Shown piece by piece: positions 35,611 to 48,550 of a DNA stretch of 64,000 bases (position 1 is its first letter; every line of letters begins with the position of its first letter). The DNA is from Lama guanicoe. Its lineage: Eukaryota. Position numbers and translations under genes: made by a program. The stretch lies in the NCBI GenBank assembly GCA_013239625.1, contig MU053472.1:186001-250000 (forward strand). Reading direction: 5' to 3'. The notes under the pieces were generated by a model. It did no database searches. It was not told where the DNA came from and was given only the letters and a program-made list of their open reading frames with translations.

Positions 35611-36279
35611 GATTTTCTCAATCGTAAACTGAGTCTAATAAGAGTGTCTACTCTACAGGGTTGCAGGGAGATTAACTGGGTTAATATGTGAACAATATTT
35701 AGAATAGTATCTGGCAAGTCATCACAGTAGTAGTATTCATTACCTAGGACAGTTCTTTTCAATGATCTTATACTTATTTCTATGTGATAGGCAAAACAGA
35801 TACAGTTTTGGAGTATGTCTTAATCAGTAACATCAGAACTTTACAACTAACTGCCAACAGAATCAGAAATTTCTATGGAATTTACTATCTGGGAAGAGAA
35901 CAGAAATTACTCTATTTTTCAATTTTTTTATGTCTTGATTTTTATGTCTCCTGGGATTTAAACCTTCATCCAATTCTTTTTTTAACAACTAGAAACAATT
36001 TGTCGCTGGTACATAATAGAGGTTTGTTTTTTTTTAAATTGCTATCACAAGCTCTTTTCCAACAGGCTTATATCTTTTGAAAAATAAATTTTTAAAAAGT
36101 TTTGTTCAAGAAAACACCTAATTAGATTTTTGCCCTCCTGCCTCCCCCTACTCCCAAACAATGACTTTCCATAAACTGTTCTGTCAAGGAGACAGGCAGA
36201 ATTCACTTGCTGTATGTTGATTACAGCCTTTGTCTTTCTCTAGCCTAGCAAACTCTTCAGAGGTGATTTAATTACCTTT

Positions 36280-38010
36280 TCTTTTTAACTTTTTATTTTT
36301 ATATAATCTCCGACTTAAAGAAAAGTTGTAAAAAATAGTGCAAGAAATTCCTGTATACTTCTCACCAAATAGTGATATTTTAGCACATTTGCTTTATCAT
36401 TGACTTTGATCATTTTGTTAATATGGTGTCTGCCAGAATTCACCACTGTAAATTGACTACTTTTGTCTTTGTAATTAACAACCTTGTGAGAACATATTTT
36501 GTGACTTAGTAAATATCCTGTTTCTCATCCAAATTTCACTCATTTTATCATCCACTGATGACTCAATTATGACTGTGATGGTTGCCTAATAGTGATTTTC
36601 TAATCCATCATTCTTTCTGCATTTATACTGGGTTCACTTCCCTTTCTCCCACATTATTTACTCTTTCATTTATTTATATGCCTATGTCTTCTTACTTTAC
36701 TCAGTGGGTTATAATACATTACTATTGTTATTCATTTTTATGTTTTATTGTCCCAGATTTGGCTAGTACTAGTCCCTTCAGTATAGTTCTTTTTGTCATT
36801 CTTACAAGTCCACATTCACCATTCTTTGTGCATTTCTCAACTTACTAACTTGATACAATGTTCAAAGTTTATCTTGTTTTTTCCCAGCTATACTCTAGCT
36901 CTGGAATCGGCCATTCCTCCAAGGAGCCCTGGTTCCTTTAAGTAGCAAACAATTTAGAAACCAAATTGCTCCTGGGGTGTCATTGCCTCTGGGCTCTCTC
37001 AGTGGACAGGGCTAAGAAATATACATATATAGCTCTGAGTTCATACTGTCATGTTCACGTCTAATCCAATACTATAGAATTCATTCTACTCCTCCCTCTT
37101 CCTGTATTTGTAACTCTCTTTGCTCTCAGTGAGAAAATTGAATCTCATTGTCCATTTTTTATATATATATATATACTTACTAATAATCTCAGAATACACA
37201 GAAAGTAGTTTTAGAATTGTTGCTAAAATAAAAGGAAACCCAGCCATTGCAAAAAACCAAACCAATTTCAGTTTAATTTTCATGTACCGTTTATTTTTTT
37301 CTTTAGTCTAAGAGTATATAAAAAAAAAAAACAGTATATTCTAAAGTTCTTTCAATTGAGTTCATTTTCCCTCCCACACACATATACCTGCTTTCCCATG
37401 TGATTATATTATTCATTTAAAACTGTTAGGTTGATTTGTTTGTATTTCATTTTTAGGATTTTCCCCTATTTGTGTATGTGTGTTGTTTAATATATGAATC
37501 ATTAACATGGCTCCAAACGACAGAGCCATACAAAAAGGGACAGTCAAGAGAAATGTCACTTTCCATCTACTACTCGCCCTTTCAGCCTGTGAGTAACAGT
37601 AATCTCATTAATTTCTGGTTTATCCTTTCTGTTTCACTTTCTGGTTAAAAAGCAAGCACTTGTGTATTTTCTCACTTCCCTTTTATTCTTACACAAAAGG
37701 GAGCATACTATAGATACTCTTGTACTTCGCTTTTTTCCACTAACTAGTATATCCTAGAAACTATTCCGTATCAATTTGCAGACATCTTCTTCATTCTTTT
37801 TTACAGATGTATAGTGCTCTATTATGTGCCTGTACCATAGCTGATCCAGCCTCTCTCTTCTTTATGGTCATTTATGTTGTGTCCAATATTTTGCAAATAC
37901 AAACAATGCTGCAATAATTAACCCTGTGCACACGTATTTTCATGCTGTTGGAGGTGTATATTTTGGGTAAGTTCTTAAAAGTACAATTACTGGGCCCAAA
38001 GTAGACATAT
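36280..38010 (-). mobile_element. Old L1 (L1MC-type) 3' region, fragmented
   Basis: tttaacttttattttt..ataat...aaagttgtaaaaaatagt, ctggaatcggccattcctccaaggagccctggttcctt, caaacaatgctgcaataa. Confidence 0.7.
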
Positions 38011-38139
38011 TTGAAGTTTTTAAGATATCTAATATGTCTTTAATATGGCAATTTAAATAGTTTTTGTGATAATATTGATAACATATTTGTTCACATAGGT
38101 GTTTTGTTTTAGATTTTGAGTTACCAGACTTGTATATCT

Positions 38140-38279
38140 TTTGTTCTTGTTTCTTTTGTTTTGGAGGGGGTAGGTAATTAGGTTTATTTATTTATTTTTT
38201 AATGGAGGTACTGGGGATTGAATCTATAACCTCATGCGCGCTAGGCATGCACTCTACCACTGAGCTATATCATCTCCCC
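38140..38279 (-). mobile_element. Vic-1-like SINE
   Basis: ggtaattaggtttattt...aatggaggtactggggattgaa...ctctaccactgagctata; flanked by agacttgtatatctt / agacttgtacctctt. Confidence 0.87.
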
Positions 38280-39494
38280 AAGACTTGTACCTCTTAACAA
38301 ATGTGTTCTGGTGATTATAAGCAATTGATTAACAAAATTCTTCCTAAATAGTATTAGATGTTGTATGTATTTATTTAATTAGATTTTAGCTCTGAGAGTA
38401 ATGATGTACAAAAATAAGGGAGGGGGGAATCCCCCTAGATCTGAAAAACAATACTTATATAAGGATGGATAACATTCTACCTGTGGGAATGATGAGGGAC
38501 ATAATATTTTTATATCTCTAAGGAGGAGGTATTTCCTCCCAGCAGAGCTGACGATCTGAAGTCACTGGAAACACGATGAATAGTGAAGGGAGCTGGTCTG
38601 CTGGTGCTACAGGGCTGGTTAATTATACTGTAAATCATGCAAACACCGACATGTTGAACAAAAAGCTTCCCTAGACATCTTTTCCTTCGCGCTAAAAGTT
38701 CTTTAAAACACAGGCAGATTGGTAATTATCTTAGGCTGAAGATATACAAAATACTAACATTAACCCCTAGAGAGGCAGAGATTTATGGCTTTGAAGTCTG
38801 TAAGGCATGTTAAAAATGCCTTGTAAATATGATTTGACACTCTTGATTATCCTTGTAGGAGTAAGGACAACTAACTCCCACCTCTACAGCCTATGGTAAG
38901 TATAATAACATTATTCTGGAGTTTTATTATTTGTGTCTTTCGTTGGGGAGACTTCCTTTAGATAGAGGCTAGGATTCACCAATAATTCTCGACCCCTTAG
39001 AAAGGTAAATATTTCATTTGGAAACCTTTGTCGGATTTGGGCTTTCACAGATGGCGATCAAAGATAGAAATTAGTCCTCGGCTCCACTGCTCACCAATAA
39101 TGTCAACAGATCCTCCCGGTCCCTTTGTTTTTTTCTACCGTAAAAGGAAAGGAATCTCTCTGTGGCACAAATATTGATATTTTACCACATTTGCTTTATC
39201 ATTTATACTTTGATTATTTTATTAACTGCAAGGTTTCTCCACTGTAAATTTGCTTTTTTTCTCTTTGTAATTAATAAATACCTTGTAGGACATACTTTGT
39301 GACTATGTAAGTACCCTGTTTCTCCTGCATGGTGAAGAGTTTCAGGAAGACGCCTCAAATTGACAGTCAGGGTCCTCACTAGACTCCCCTAAATATGTAT
39401 TATTTAAACCACCTCATTCTAAACAGCCTATAACCAGAGAAAACCACAAAGTTTCATTTGTTACTGCTTTCATTTTGGCATCAATAATATGAGG

Positions 39495-40125
39495 CAAAGT
39501 AACCATAGGATCCAGCAATCTCACTTTTGGGCATATATCCAGAAAAGATGAAAACTCTAATTCGAAAATATCCATGTACCCCAGAGTTCATAGCAGCACT
39601 ATTTACAATAGCGAAGATATGGAAGCAACCTAAATGTCTATCAACAGATGACTGGATAAAGATGTGGTATATATACACAATGGAATATTACCCAGCCATA
39701 AAAAGAATGAAATAATGCCACTGGCAGTACTTTGGATGGACCTAGAGATTATCATACTTAGCGAAATAAGTCAGACAGAGAAAGACAAATATCATATAAT
39801 ATCACTTATATCTGGAATCTAAAAAAAATGATACTATTGAACTTATTTACAATACAGAAATAGACTCTCAGAGATAGAAAATAAACTTATGGCTACCAAA
39901 GGGGAAAGGTGGGGGAGGGATAAATCGGGAATTTGGGATTAACAAATATATACTATTATATATAAAATAAACAGCAAGGACCTACTGTACAGCACAGGGA
40001 AATATTTTCAATATCTTGTAATAAAGGAAAAGAATCTGAAAAAGAATATATATATATAACTGAATCACTTTGCTATACACCTGAAACATTGTAAATCAAC
40101 TTTAGTTTAAATTTTTTAAAAGTTT
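39495..40125 (+). mobile_element. L1 3' fragment
   Basis: ORF 39527-39715 (CTPEFIAALFTIAKIWKQPKC) is the L1 ORF2 C-terminus, followed by the L1 3'UTR. Confidence 0.9.
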
Positions 40126-40724
40126 AAAAATGAATGTGACCAGAGTTGGAGATAAATTGCAAGACTTAAATGTAAATTGCCTTATGTGTTGCACAAATGC
40201 TGGTTTTTCTATAGGAGTATGGAGGGGAGAGAATTGCATCAGACTGGGTGCTCAAAAAGCGAGGGGTTATCAGCTGAACTATAGTACATTTTCTGAAAAC
40301 ACTTAATTTAATAAAGGATCCTATACTTAGTTTGACTGAAAAAAAAAAATAACACAAGGCAATGCAGCCTTACTTAAAGAGCTCATATTTTGGTATCACA
40401 CAGATTGGGTTCAACATACAGCATGGCTACTTACTATCAATATGACTTGAGAGGCAAGCGACTTAATGTCTCTGAGCTCTAGTTTCTTCCTCAGAAAAGC
40501 AAGAATAATTATTAGTATAGTTTCACAGACTTGTGAAATTTCAGTGAGTTCATATAATATGAAAATGAACTGTATGTGGTACAGAGTAGCCACCAATAAA
40601 TGGTAGCTATTAATAAATACTAAGGAGGATATTATTTCGGTTAGTTTTGAACCCTGGTGAAATTTCTTTTTTAAATGGAGGCCTTCTGGCATATCACACA
40701 CCTGTACTGTGTTTCGTTTGTTTT

Positions 40725-40850
40725 TTTTTTTAAACATTTTTTATTGAGTTATAGTCATTTTACAACGTTGTGTCAAATTCCAGTGTAGAGCACGATTTTT
40801 CAGTTATACATGGACATACATATATTCATTGTCACATTTTTTGTTTTTGT
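40725..40850 (-). mobile_element. Short L1 3'-end fragment
   Basis: ttttattgagttatagtcattttacaacgttgtgtcaaattccagtgtagagcac. Confidence 0.75.
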
Positions 40851-41698
40851 TTTTTTAAGTATCACTACACCTATACTATTGACCCAGCCTTAGACCAGAG
40901 CTGATTTAAAAGCAAAAAAAGCATGATAGAACATTGTAAATCAACTCTACTTCATTTTTTAGAATTGTAATAAGTAAATAAATAATAAAAATAAAAATAA
41001 ACAATAGTAGTTGTAAAAAAAAAAAGGAACAACAACAAGAAAGCATATCTTTCCCTGTAAATCCTCCCCAGGAAGTTAAACTGTGAGGTCTGTGGACCCA
41101 GAGTTTATGCCAACTCTTTACTTCAGTGTGGACTGTCCACTTAGAGGTTAGCCAGATGATTCCAGAGCTGTTTACTCCAACAAGACTGGAGTGCCACCGT
41201 GAGGTCAGCTTTGGTCCTGGCGATATGTGCTTGAATTCTGTCCTGAGTACAAGAATAGTTGAGTGGTTACCTTAACATTGCACTACACTTACATTAAAGC
41301 CTGAAAAGTACTTTCTATACTTTTGACTCAATGTTTTGTACTTTGGACTCTTGATGGCAAAAACAGAAATGTACAAAAAGTTTAAGAATCTGGATTTCTT
41401 AAGTACTTGATTTGGATTTCTAAAGTACTAGGGTATTGCTGAAGCTTGAGAATTTGATATTGAAAACAGCCCCAGAGAAAGTGAGATTTTTGTCTAAGTG
41501 TGGATGGCTGTTGGTTTTGTCATCTGTAGCCAATCAGCCTCTCCTCAACGTATATTTTAACTGAGACTCTGAAGCTGTGATCTAGAAGTTTCTAGTTCCC
41601 TTTGCAAAGACATAATAATTCCTATCTCCAAATGACCATTAGAAACTCCACTCAGGTGTTCCACAGAAATCTCAAACTCAACCATCTCAAAATTAAAC

Positions 41699-42568
41699 TT
41701 TTTTTTTAAATTGAAGTGTAGGCAGTTACAATGTGTCAATTTCTGTGTACAGCACAATATTCCAGTCATGCATATAAATACATATGTTCGTTTTCATATT
41801 CTTTTTCATTAAAAGTTATTACAAGATATTGAACATATTTCCCTGTGCCATACAGAAGAAACTTTTAAAATCTATTTTATATATAGTGGCTAACATTTGT
41901 AAATCTCAAGCTACCAAATTTATCCCTTCCCTCTCCCTTTTCCCGGTGACCATAAAATTATTTCCTGTTTGCCAGTCTGTTTCTGTTTTGTAGGTGAGTT
42001 CATAGTGTCCTTTTTTTCTTTTTTTCTTTTTTAGATTCCACATGAGTGATATCATATGGTATTTTTCTTTCTCTTTCTGGCTTACTTCACTTAGAATGAC
42101 AATCTTTAGGTCCAGCCATGTTGCTGCAAATGACATTATTTTATTATTTTTTATGGCTGAGAAATATTCCATTGTATAAATATACCACAGCTTCTTTATC
42201 TAGTCATCTGTCAATGGACATTTACGTTGCTTCCATGTCTTGGCTACTGTATATAGTGCTGCTATGAATATTGGGGTGTATGTATCTTTTTGAATTAGAG
42301 TTCCCTCCAGATATATGCCCAGAAGTGGGACTGCTGGATCATATGGTAAGTCTATTTTCAGTTTTTTGAGAAATTTTCATACTGTTTTCCAAAATGGCTG
42401 TACCAAACTACAATCCCACTAGCAATGTAGGATGGTCCCCTTTTCTTCACACCCTCTCCAGCATTTATCATTTGTGGACTTTTGAATGATGACCATTCTG
42501 ACTGGTGTGAGATGATACCTCATTATAGTTTTGATTTGCATTTCTCTGAAAATTAGCAATATTGAGTA
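41699..42568 (-). mobile_element. L1 3' fragment nested in an L2
   Basis: Minus ORFs [26 protein letters not shown] and MEYFSAIKNNKIMSFAATW (ORF2); flanked by tcaaaattaaacttt / tcaaaagtaatcttt; L2 sequence on both sides. Confidence 0.9.
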
Positions 42569-42569
42569 T

Positions 42570-43485
42570 TCAAAAGTAATCTTTATTATATAGTTCTCAC
42601 ACAAACCTAGCCCTCCAATATTCCTCATCTCTATGAACAGAGGCACCCTCACCCAGTTACCAAAGTTTGAGACCTGGGAGCTACCTTAGGTTTCTCCCAC
42701 CCCTGTCTTCCTGCATCCAATCACTAAGGGAGTCCTATCAACATAACCACCTTAATGTCCTTTAGATCTGCTCCTTTCTCCTCTTCCCTTTTTCTCCAGC
42801 CTTCTTTCCTCACTAAACTCCTATTGCAACCTTACTCTTTTCTCCCTGACTCCAGACTCGCCTCCCTTCCATGTGGCTGCTAGAGTGATCTTTAAAATTA
42901 AAACACTGTTTATATCACTGACTTGAGATCCTTTAATGGCCCTCAGTGCCTCTAAGATGAAGTCCAAAGTCTTTGGTATACCCATAAGGTGTATGGGAGC
43001 TACTCCTTACCCACCTGTCCAGCAACTTCTCTTGCTGTAGCATCCATTTCCAGATTTGTTGAACCAGGAGCAGATCCCCAGACACAGGAGGCATTTTCAT
43101 ACCCCCTTACATTTCTTGCTCCTGTTCCCTTTATTTAGAAGAGCTTTACCGGTCTTGTCTAATTTGTCAACATCTTATTTTTTTAAGGGTATGCAAGCTT
43201 TATCTCCTCTACAAACCTTTCCTAACTTCCTACAAAGCCCATCCCATCCTTTATCACAGAACGAATATCCCCTAACTCCTCTATAAGTATGTAACTTACA
43301 CTACGGTGCTTCGAGAATATTCTTGCTTTGTTTGAAAACAGACTCTAGCAGACTTTAGTCACTATCCTTTGCAGACTTTCAGCTACCTGAAAGCAAGGAC
43401 TGTACCTAATTTATCTCTGCATCTCAAGGCCTGAGTCCATGCCCAGCACACGGTAAACAACAACAAAGTTTGTTGAATGAGAAGC
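42570..43485 (+). mobile_element. L2 3' fragment (its upstream part is at ~41600-41698)
   Basis: ctgctagagtgatcttt, tttaatggccctcagtgcc, tttatctctgcatctc...gcccagcacacggtaa...tttgttgaatga. Confidence 0.65.
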
Positions 43486-44116
43486 AGGGAGTGGAGGAGA
43501 AAAAGATTTTCAAAAACATACTTTTAGGCTATGAAGTGATGACTCTGTCCATAAGATCTTCCAACCAGCTCCCACTGCAGTGTTATACAAAGTTTGTGTT
43601 CTTACTTGCTACAGTTGAGAAACCATGTGTGTCTACCAGTCAGACCATACTGGTTTTTGGAGAAATTCCAGTTATACAAAACCATGATTCAATTTCCTCA
43701 CCACTTTTACTGACGATGGTTTTAAATTGTTTTGTTTTGTTTTTTTCCCAAGAGGAAATGGTCCCTTAATGAGTCAGCTGGACGTTGTCAAGGTAGAAGA
43801 TCATACCAATCTGACAGTTTCCATTTGACTTTATTTACTCATTCAGCCAAAATTTATCACAAAGAAACAAACAGAAGATATAGTTCCTGTCCTAAATCCA
43901 CAAAATAGGCAGTTTCAGGAATCTTTGTCTATTTTATTTCACTTTATTAGTCCAACAAGATTTACTGACCACTGATCTGTGAAACAGCATCCATGCTGGG
44001 CCAACATAACAGGAAGACAAATGAGATACAGGCCCAGCTCTCAAAAAGCTTAAAGTCTGGTATGTGACAGATATGGAATTACAATGCAACAGGAGAGGAG
44101 CTAAAATAGAGGAACT

Positions 44117-44206
44117 GGGGGCATGGAAATAGCTCAGTGGTAAAGCACATGCTTAGCATGCATGAGGTCCTGGGTTCAATCCCCAGTTCCTCCATTAAAA
44201 AAATAA
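44117..44206 (+). mobile_element. Vic-1-like SINE (short form)
   Basis: atagctcagtggtaaagcacatgcttagcatgcatgaggtcctgggttcaatccccagttcctccattaaaaaaa. Confidence 0.85.
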
Positions 44207-44669
44207 TCCTGGGCAGGATTTGAACTCAGACTTGTTTAATTCCACCTATGTGCTTACAACAGTGAAATATATATATCATGCATGTAACAATACAATTCTT
44301 TTCCCTGAAATAAGGGAAGCTAATTGGATTATTAATATAATCCAGATTATTATTCTTAATAAGGAGAGCGATTCCTAGGGACTTTCCCTTCCTTCTTGGG
44401 TCTCAGGAGGCCAACCTCTAATCGAACTATCAATCTGAGCAGGCTTTTTGGTGGGGAGAGGGAACACCAAAAGTTCTGCCATAACCTTCTATCATTATCT
44501 GAAAAAACTTCAACCTTGGGTAAATCCAAAAATAAAACTTCTTCACCACCCATATAATCATGCTGATTAGTCTCTTTTTCATTAATTGTCTCCAACTCAA
44601 ATGAGCATTCATTGCCCAGCAATAGTATGTCTTTTCCTAGCAAGCTAGCTCATTTTCCTGCTCTTAGAG

Positions 44670-47038
44670 AATACTATTTCATACCATTTCCTCAGCCCTC
44701 CAACCCTCCCTGACAAAATCTCATCCCATGTCCATCCCATTGTTCTCCCTTCTCTTGTACCAACAATTTCCATCTTTTCACTAGATCATTCCTTGCAATT
44801 TAGAAATATCCCCTAGGACCCATCTTTTAAAACATCAAAAATAAAAAGCAAAAACCCCTCTTTTTAACCCATATCTGCCTCCAGTTACCACTCGACTTCT
44901 CTGCTTTCCTTCTCAGTTAAACCTTTGGAAAGAGTTGGCTTTGTCACAGTCTCCATTTCTCCACCTTTATCACTCAATCATCTCCATCCACCATGCCACT
45001 GAAACTGACAGTATAGGTCACTAGTGATCTCCATGTTGCCAAATGCATGATCTTTTACTTCATCCTCAGCCTCTCAACAGCCTTTGAAAAAGCTGATCAC
45101 TACCTTCTTCCTGAAACTTTCATCTGGTTGCCATGACACCACCTTCCTTGTCTGCCTGCCTCACTAGTTGCTTCTTCCCCAACTTCTGTTTTGTAAGTAT
45201 ATTCTTTTCTACCAGATCCCTAAACGCTGGAGTACTCTAAGGGTCCCCTTAGTTGTGTTTTGGTCCCCTCCTCTTCCCTATTCACACAGTCTCTCTAAGT
45301 GATCACATTTCTGATCATGCTTTTAGATACGGGTTTTTCACCACTTACCTAGGGACTGGGTTCTAAACTCAGCTCATTTAAAAATACTCATGAAATGGAA
45401 TTTATTCTTGGAAATTCCTTTAATCACCCATAAACTATGGAAGTTGTGGTTCTGGACATGTTGATTTTATGCATGATTGTGGCCATATTGATGTGCCAGA
45501 TTGAAGACCAACATTCCATTTCCTAAAAAACTCAAGTCAATTTTTTTTCTCCTATGTTGAGATAATTTTTTTTTTATTTAGCAGTAAATGAAGTACTTGG
45601 GGCTTTCACTTAGGGGGTTGTTTCATGAAAAATACTTGTTTTTAAAGAGGAGACATAATTGGAAAAGCAAGATGCTCGTGCTGTAAGAGGGAATTAGGAA
45701 CTGAATCCATCTGAGGATATAGCAGATTCATATCCTTTATCTCATCCTCATTCAACACGTGCTTTCCTTCAGGGTAAAGGGATCACATAATTTAAAGTAT
45801 TTCTCACACTCTTTGGTTGAATATGCACAACTCAATTTTCATAAATTAAATGCTTATTTGATATGGTAGCACTTATATATTGATGGCTTCTACATTTATT
45901 TTTCTAACCCTGACCTGTTCCCCTGAGCTTCAGACTTATGCAATCAACTACCTACTTGGATGGCTACACTTAAAATCAACGAGGCATATTAACATGTCCA
46001 AAACATAACAAGTGATTCCACCCCCTATGCCTCATCCTCACCAAAAAAAGGGATGCTCTTCCCTCAGTCTCTCCTAGCTCAGTAAATGGCATGCCATCTA
46101 CCCAGGGTTTCAAACCATAAACCTAGTAGTGAGTCCTCCCTTCTCACTTCCACATGAAACTCATCAGGTGCATTTAGATCTACCTCCAAAATAGACCCCA
46201 AATCTATCCGTTTTACCCCATCAGCACAGATACCACCCTTGTCCAAGGCACCATCATCATTTCTATTTTGACTGATTTCCTGTTTCCACTCTTACCCTTT
46301 CTATGCTCCAAATAGCCAGAGTAATCTTTTATAAAGCATTTCCTCATTAATTCATCAAATATTTATGGAGAGCACATAGGAACTGAGGATACAGCTGTGA
46401 AGCAAATTAAGTCTCTTCTGCAGTGTGTAAGTAACTTTGTACAGTACAAATACAATAAAGAACATAAATATAAAATGTGATAAACGAAATCATGTTGCAC
46501 TCTCAGTTAAAAAAAAATTGAATAGCTTCCTAATGTGCTCAGATTAAAATCCAAATTCCTTACTATGACCTTGTTATAAGAGTCTGAGAGATCTGGTTTT
46601 CATTTGTCCTTTCAACCCTGTCTGTATCACACTTCCTCACTGCAACTTGGCTCCAGTCACCCTGGCCTTTTATTTCCTCAAGGTTCCAAACCCTTTCCTC
46701 CTTCAGGCGTGTGTTTTCTGTATCTGGAATGCTGTTCCCCGTACCAGGAAAGGGCTGCCTCCTCTTAGATCAGTTATCACTTCATCAGAATGAACCTGAC
46801 TAATCTACCAAAAAGTACCTCCTCTTCCCCTTCTCTATCAATTACACTGTTTTATTTGTTTCATAGCACTTTGCTCTTTCAGAAATTATCCTGCTTATTA
46901 ACAATATCTTCTGTCCTCACTAAAATGTAAGTTTCCTGAGGTGAAATTCCTGGGGTGTTGTTTACCAAACGATCCGTACAAGTCTGGAACAGTGATTAGC
47001 ATAAGACGGTCTTGAATATTTTTTTAAAGAACAAATAA
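44670..47038 (+). mobile_element. Long fragmented L2 immediately upstream of the DDX52 promoter
   Basis: ccactgaaactg..aggtcactagtgatctccatgttgccaaat, cctgagcttcagactt, cactaaaatgtaagtttcctgagg...ctggaacagtg; interrupted by other sequence. Confidence 0.65.
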
Positions 47039-47039
47039 A

Positions 47040-47193
47040 TGACGACGGACTACGACAACAGAAATGCCTCGACTCTCACAGTCGCCAGGCTCCGCCCCCC
47101 CGAGGCACTTCCGCCCACAGTTTGGCCCCAGACCTTCTGGGAGAGGAAGTCCTCTGCGCAGGCGCCTGGGACCGCGGAGCTTTCTGGGTAAAG
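47040..47193 (+). promoter_or_regulatory. DDX52: DDX52 core promoter / 5'UTR (small CpG-rich, TATA-less housekeeping type)
   Basis: CpG-rich patch directly before the ATG. Contains a GC-box CTCCGCCCC (~47090), ETS/GABPA-like CACTTCCG (~47106) and AGGAAGT (~47144), NRF1-like TGCGCAGGCGC (47155-47165) and a degenerate ACTAC..AGAAATGC ZNF143-like element (~47049). Confidence 0.8.
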
Positions 47194-47280
47194 ATGGACG
47201 CTCACGATCTGTTTCGCCGGCTCGGCGCGGGGGCCAAATTCAACGTGAGACGCTTCTCGGCGGACGCAGCCCGATTCCAG
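47194..47280 (+). CDS. DDX52: DDX52 exon 1 (87 nt)
   Basis: aagATGG start; [29 protein letters not shown]; donor CAG|gtattg. Confidence 0.96.
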
Positions 47281-47887
47281 GTATTGTGTGCAGAGTGTGA
47301 GAAGCCCGAGTAACTGAGAAGGGGCAGGAGCTGGGGAGGGAATCGGCTGCTGGGGGAGCCAGTGCTCAGCGATCCCGTGGCCTGGCTGTGGGGCATTTTC
47401 CCTCCTTTGGCTTTCAGCTTACCGCAGCCTTCTGAATGAACTCTTCCCCCATCCTTCTGTAGACTTAGTTGGATCTAGCATGGAAACATTTACCCTGCTC
47501 CCCACCCTCGGCCCCGCTTCCGAGTTTATTCAAAGAACAGGTAGACTCCTTCTTTCAAAAGTAACCTTTTTTCCGAAAGTGGTGGAAAGGAATTTCAAAG
47601 ACAACCCAAAACGGAGAGAGTTTCTTTAACTACAGCTTCCCCAGATTTGTCTTGGCATGGGTGTAGCTTTAGTGGGCATGGTTCTTTTTATTCCCGCAAC
47701 TCCACGCCCTGTTAAGTAACCACGGAGAAGACCGATTTAGAGATGGGAGATCTTACATTGGAAATTAGTGAATGATATATCTGGAGTATTTGGGGCCTAA
47801 TTGTGGAAAATCTTGACTATCAACCTTGATAGTGGGACTAGAGGCATTTTTGTGTGTGTGCAACACGTGTGTTTTTTCTTTCTCTGA

Positions 47888-48150
47888 CGGTATAGTGCAG
47901 TTATTAAGAGTTTGAACTGTGGAACCAGATTATTCAGGTTCAAATCCTGGAGCTTCCAGTTACTAATTTTGAGACCTTGGTCAAGTTACTTAACTTTAGT
48001 ACCTCGATTGTCTCGTCTGTAATATTACTATTTGCCTCGTTAGAGTTGTTGAAGGATGAAGTAATTTAATGTATCTAAACATGCTTGGAAATCTACCTGA
48101 CAGTATGTGCTATGCTGATAAGTCTGTATAAGTGTTGGTTGCTATTATGA
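47888..48150 (+). mobile_element. MIR in DDX52 intron 1
   Basis: ggtatagtgcagttattaagag...ggttcaaatcctgg...gaccttggtcaagttacttaac. Confidence 0.75.
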
Positions 48151-48354
48151 TTATTATTATTACTGTTATCAGATCAGAAAAGGTATCACCTTGGACTCCG
48201 TATGCCCGAACACACTTGTCAGCTCACCAAAAACTTGGTGAAAGAATAAAAAAGATGGGGAGTCATTGGACCCACATCCTTACTGCCAATACTGCTAAGG
48301 TGAAAACAGTGCTAGTCTGTCCACAGATTTAATTTAAAATTTTTTGGGTTTTAG

Positions 48355-48550
48355 ATAGGGAAAAGGAAATATGACTTTGGTTCTTCAGAGGTGCTGCAGG
48401 GACTGGACTTTTTTGGAAACAAGTCTGTCCCAGGTGATTGTGGAGCATCGAAAACTCATCAGGAGCTACAAGATGAAGAGAAAAAAGAAGAGAGCCTAAC
48501 TGAAAGGAAGAGGGAGCAGAACAAAAAAAAGAGGAAGAAGATGACTTCAG
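48355..48550 (+). CDS. DDX52: DDX52 exon 2 (196 nt)
   Basis: ttttag|[30 protein letters not shown]...KKKRKKMTS; donor CAG|gttagt, phase 1. Confidence 0.94.

Noticed and set aside
38483..38565. C/D-box snoRNA-like pattern (ATGATGA 38489-38495 with CTGA 38548 and 38556)
   Set aside because: Intergenic with no host intron, weak terminal stem and no rRNA/snRNA antisense element I recognise. An Rfam/snoscan search would be decisive.
24043..42652. ORFs such as CTPMFIAAIFTIAKTWKQPKCP and [18 protein letters not shown] as host genes
   Set aside because: They are L1 ORF2 C-terminal remnants in truncated elements.
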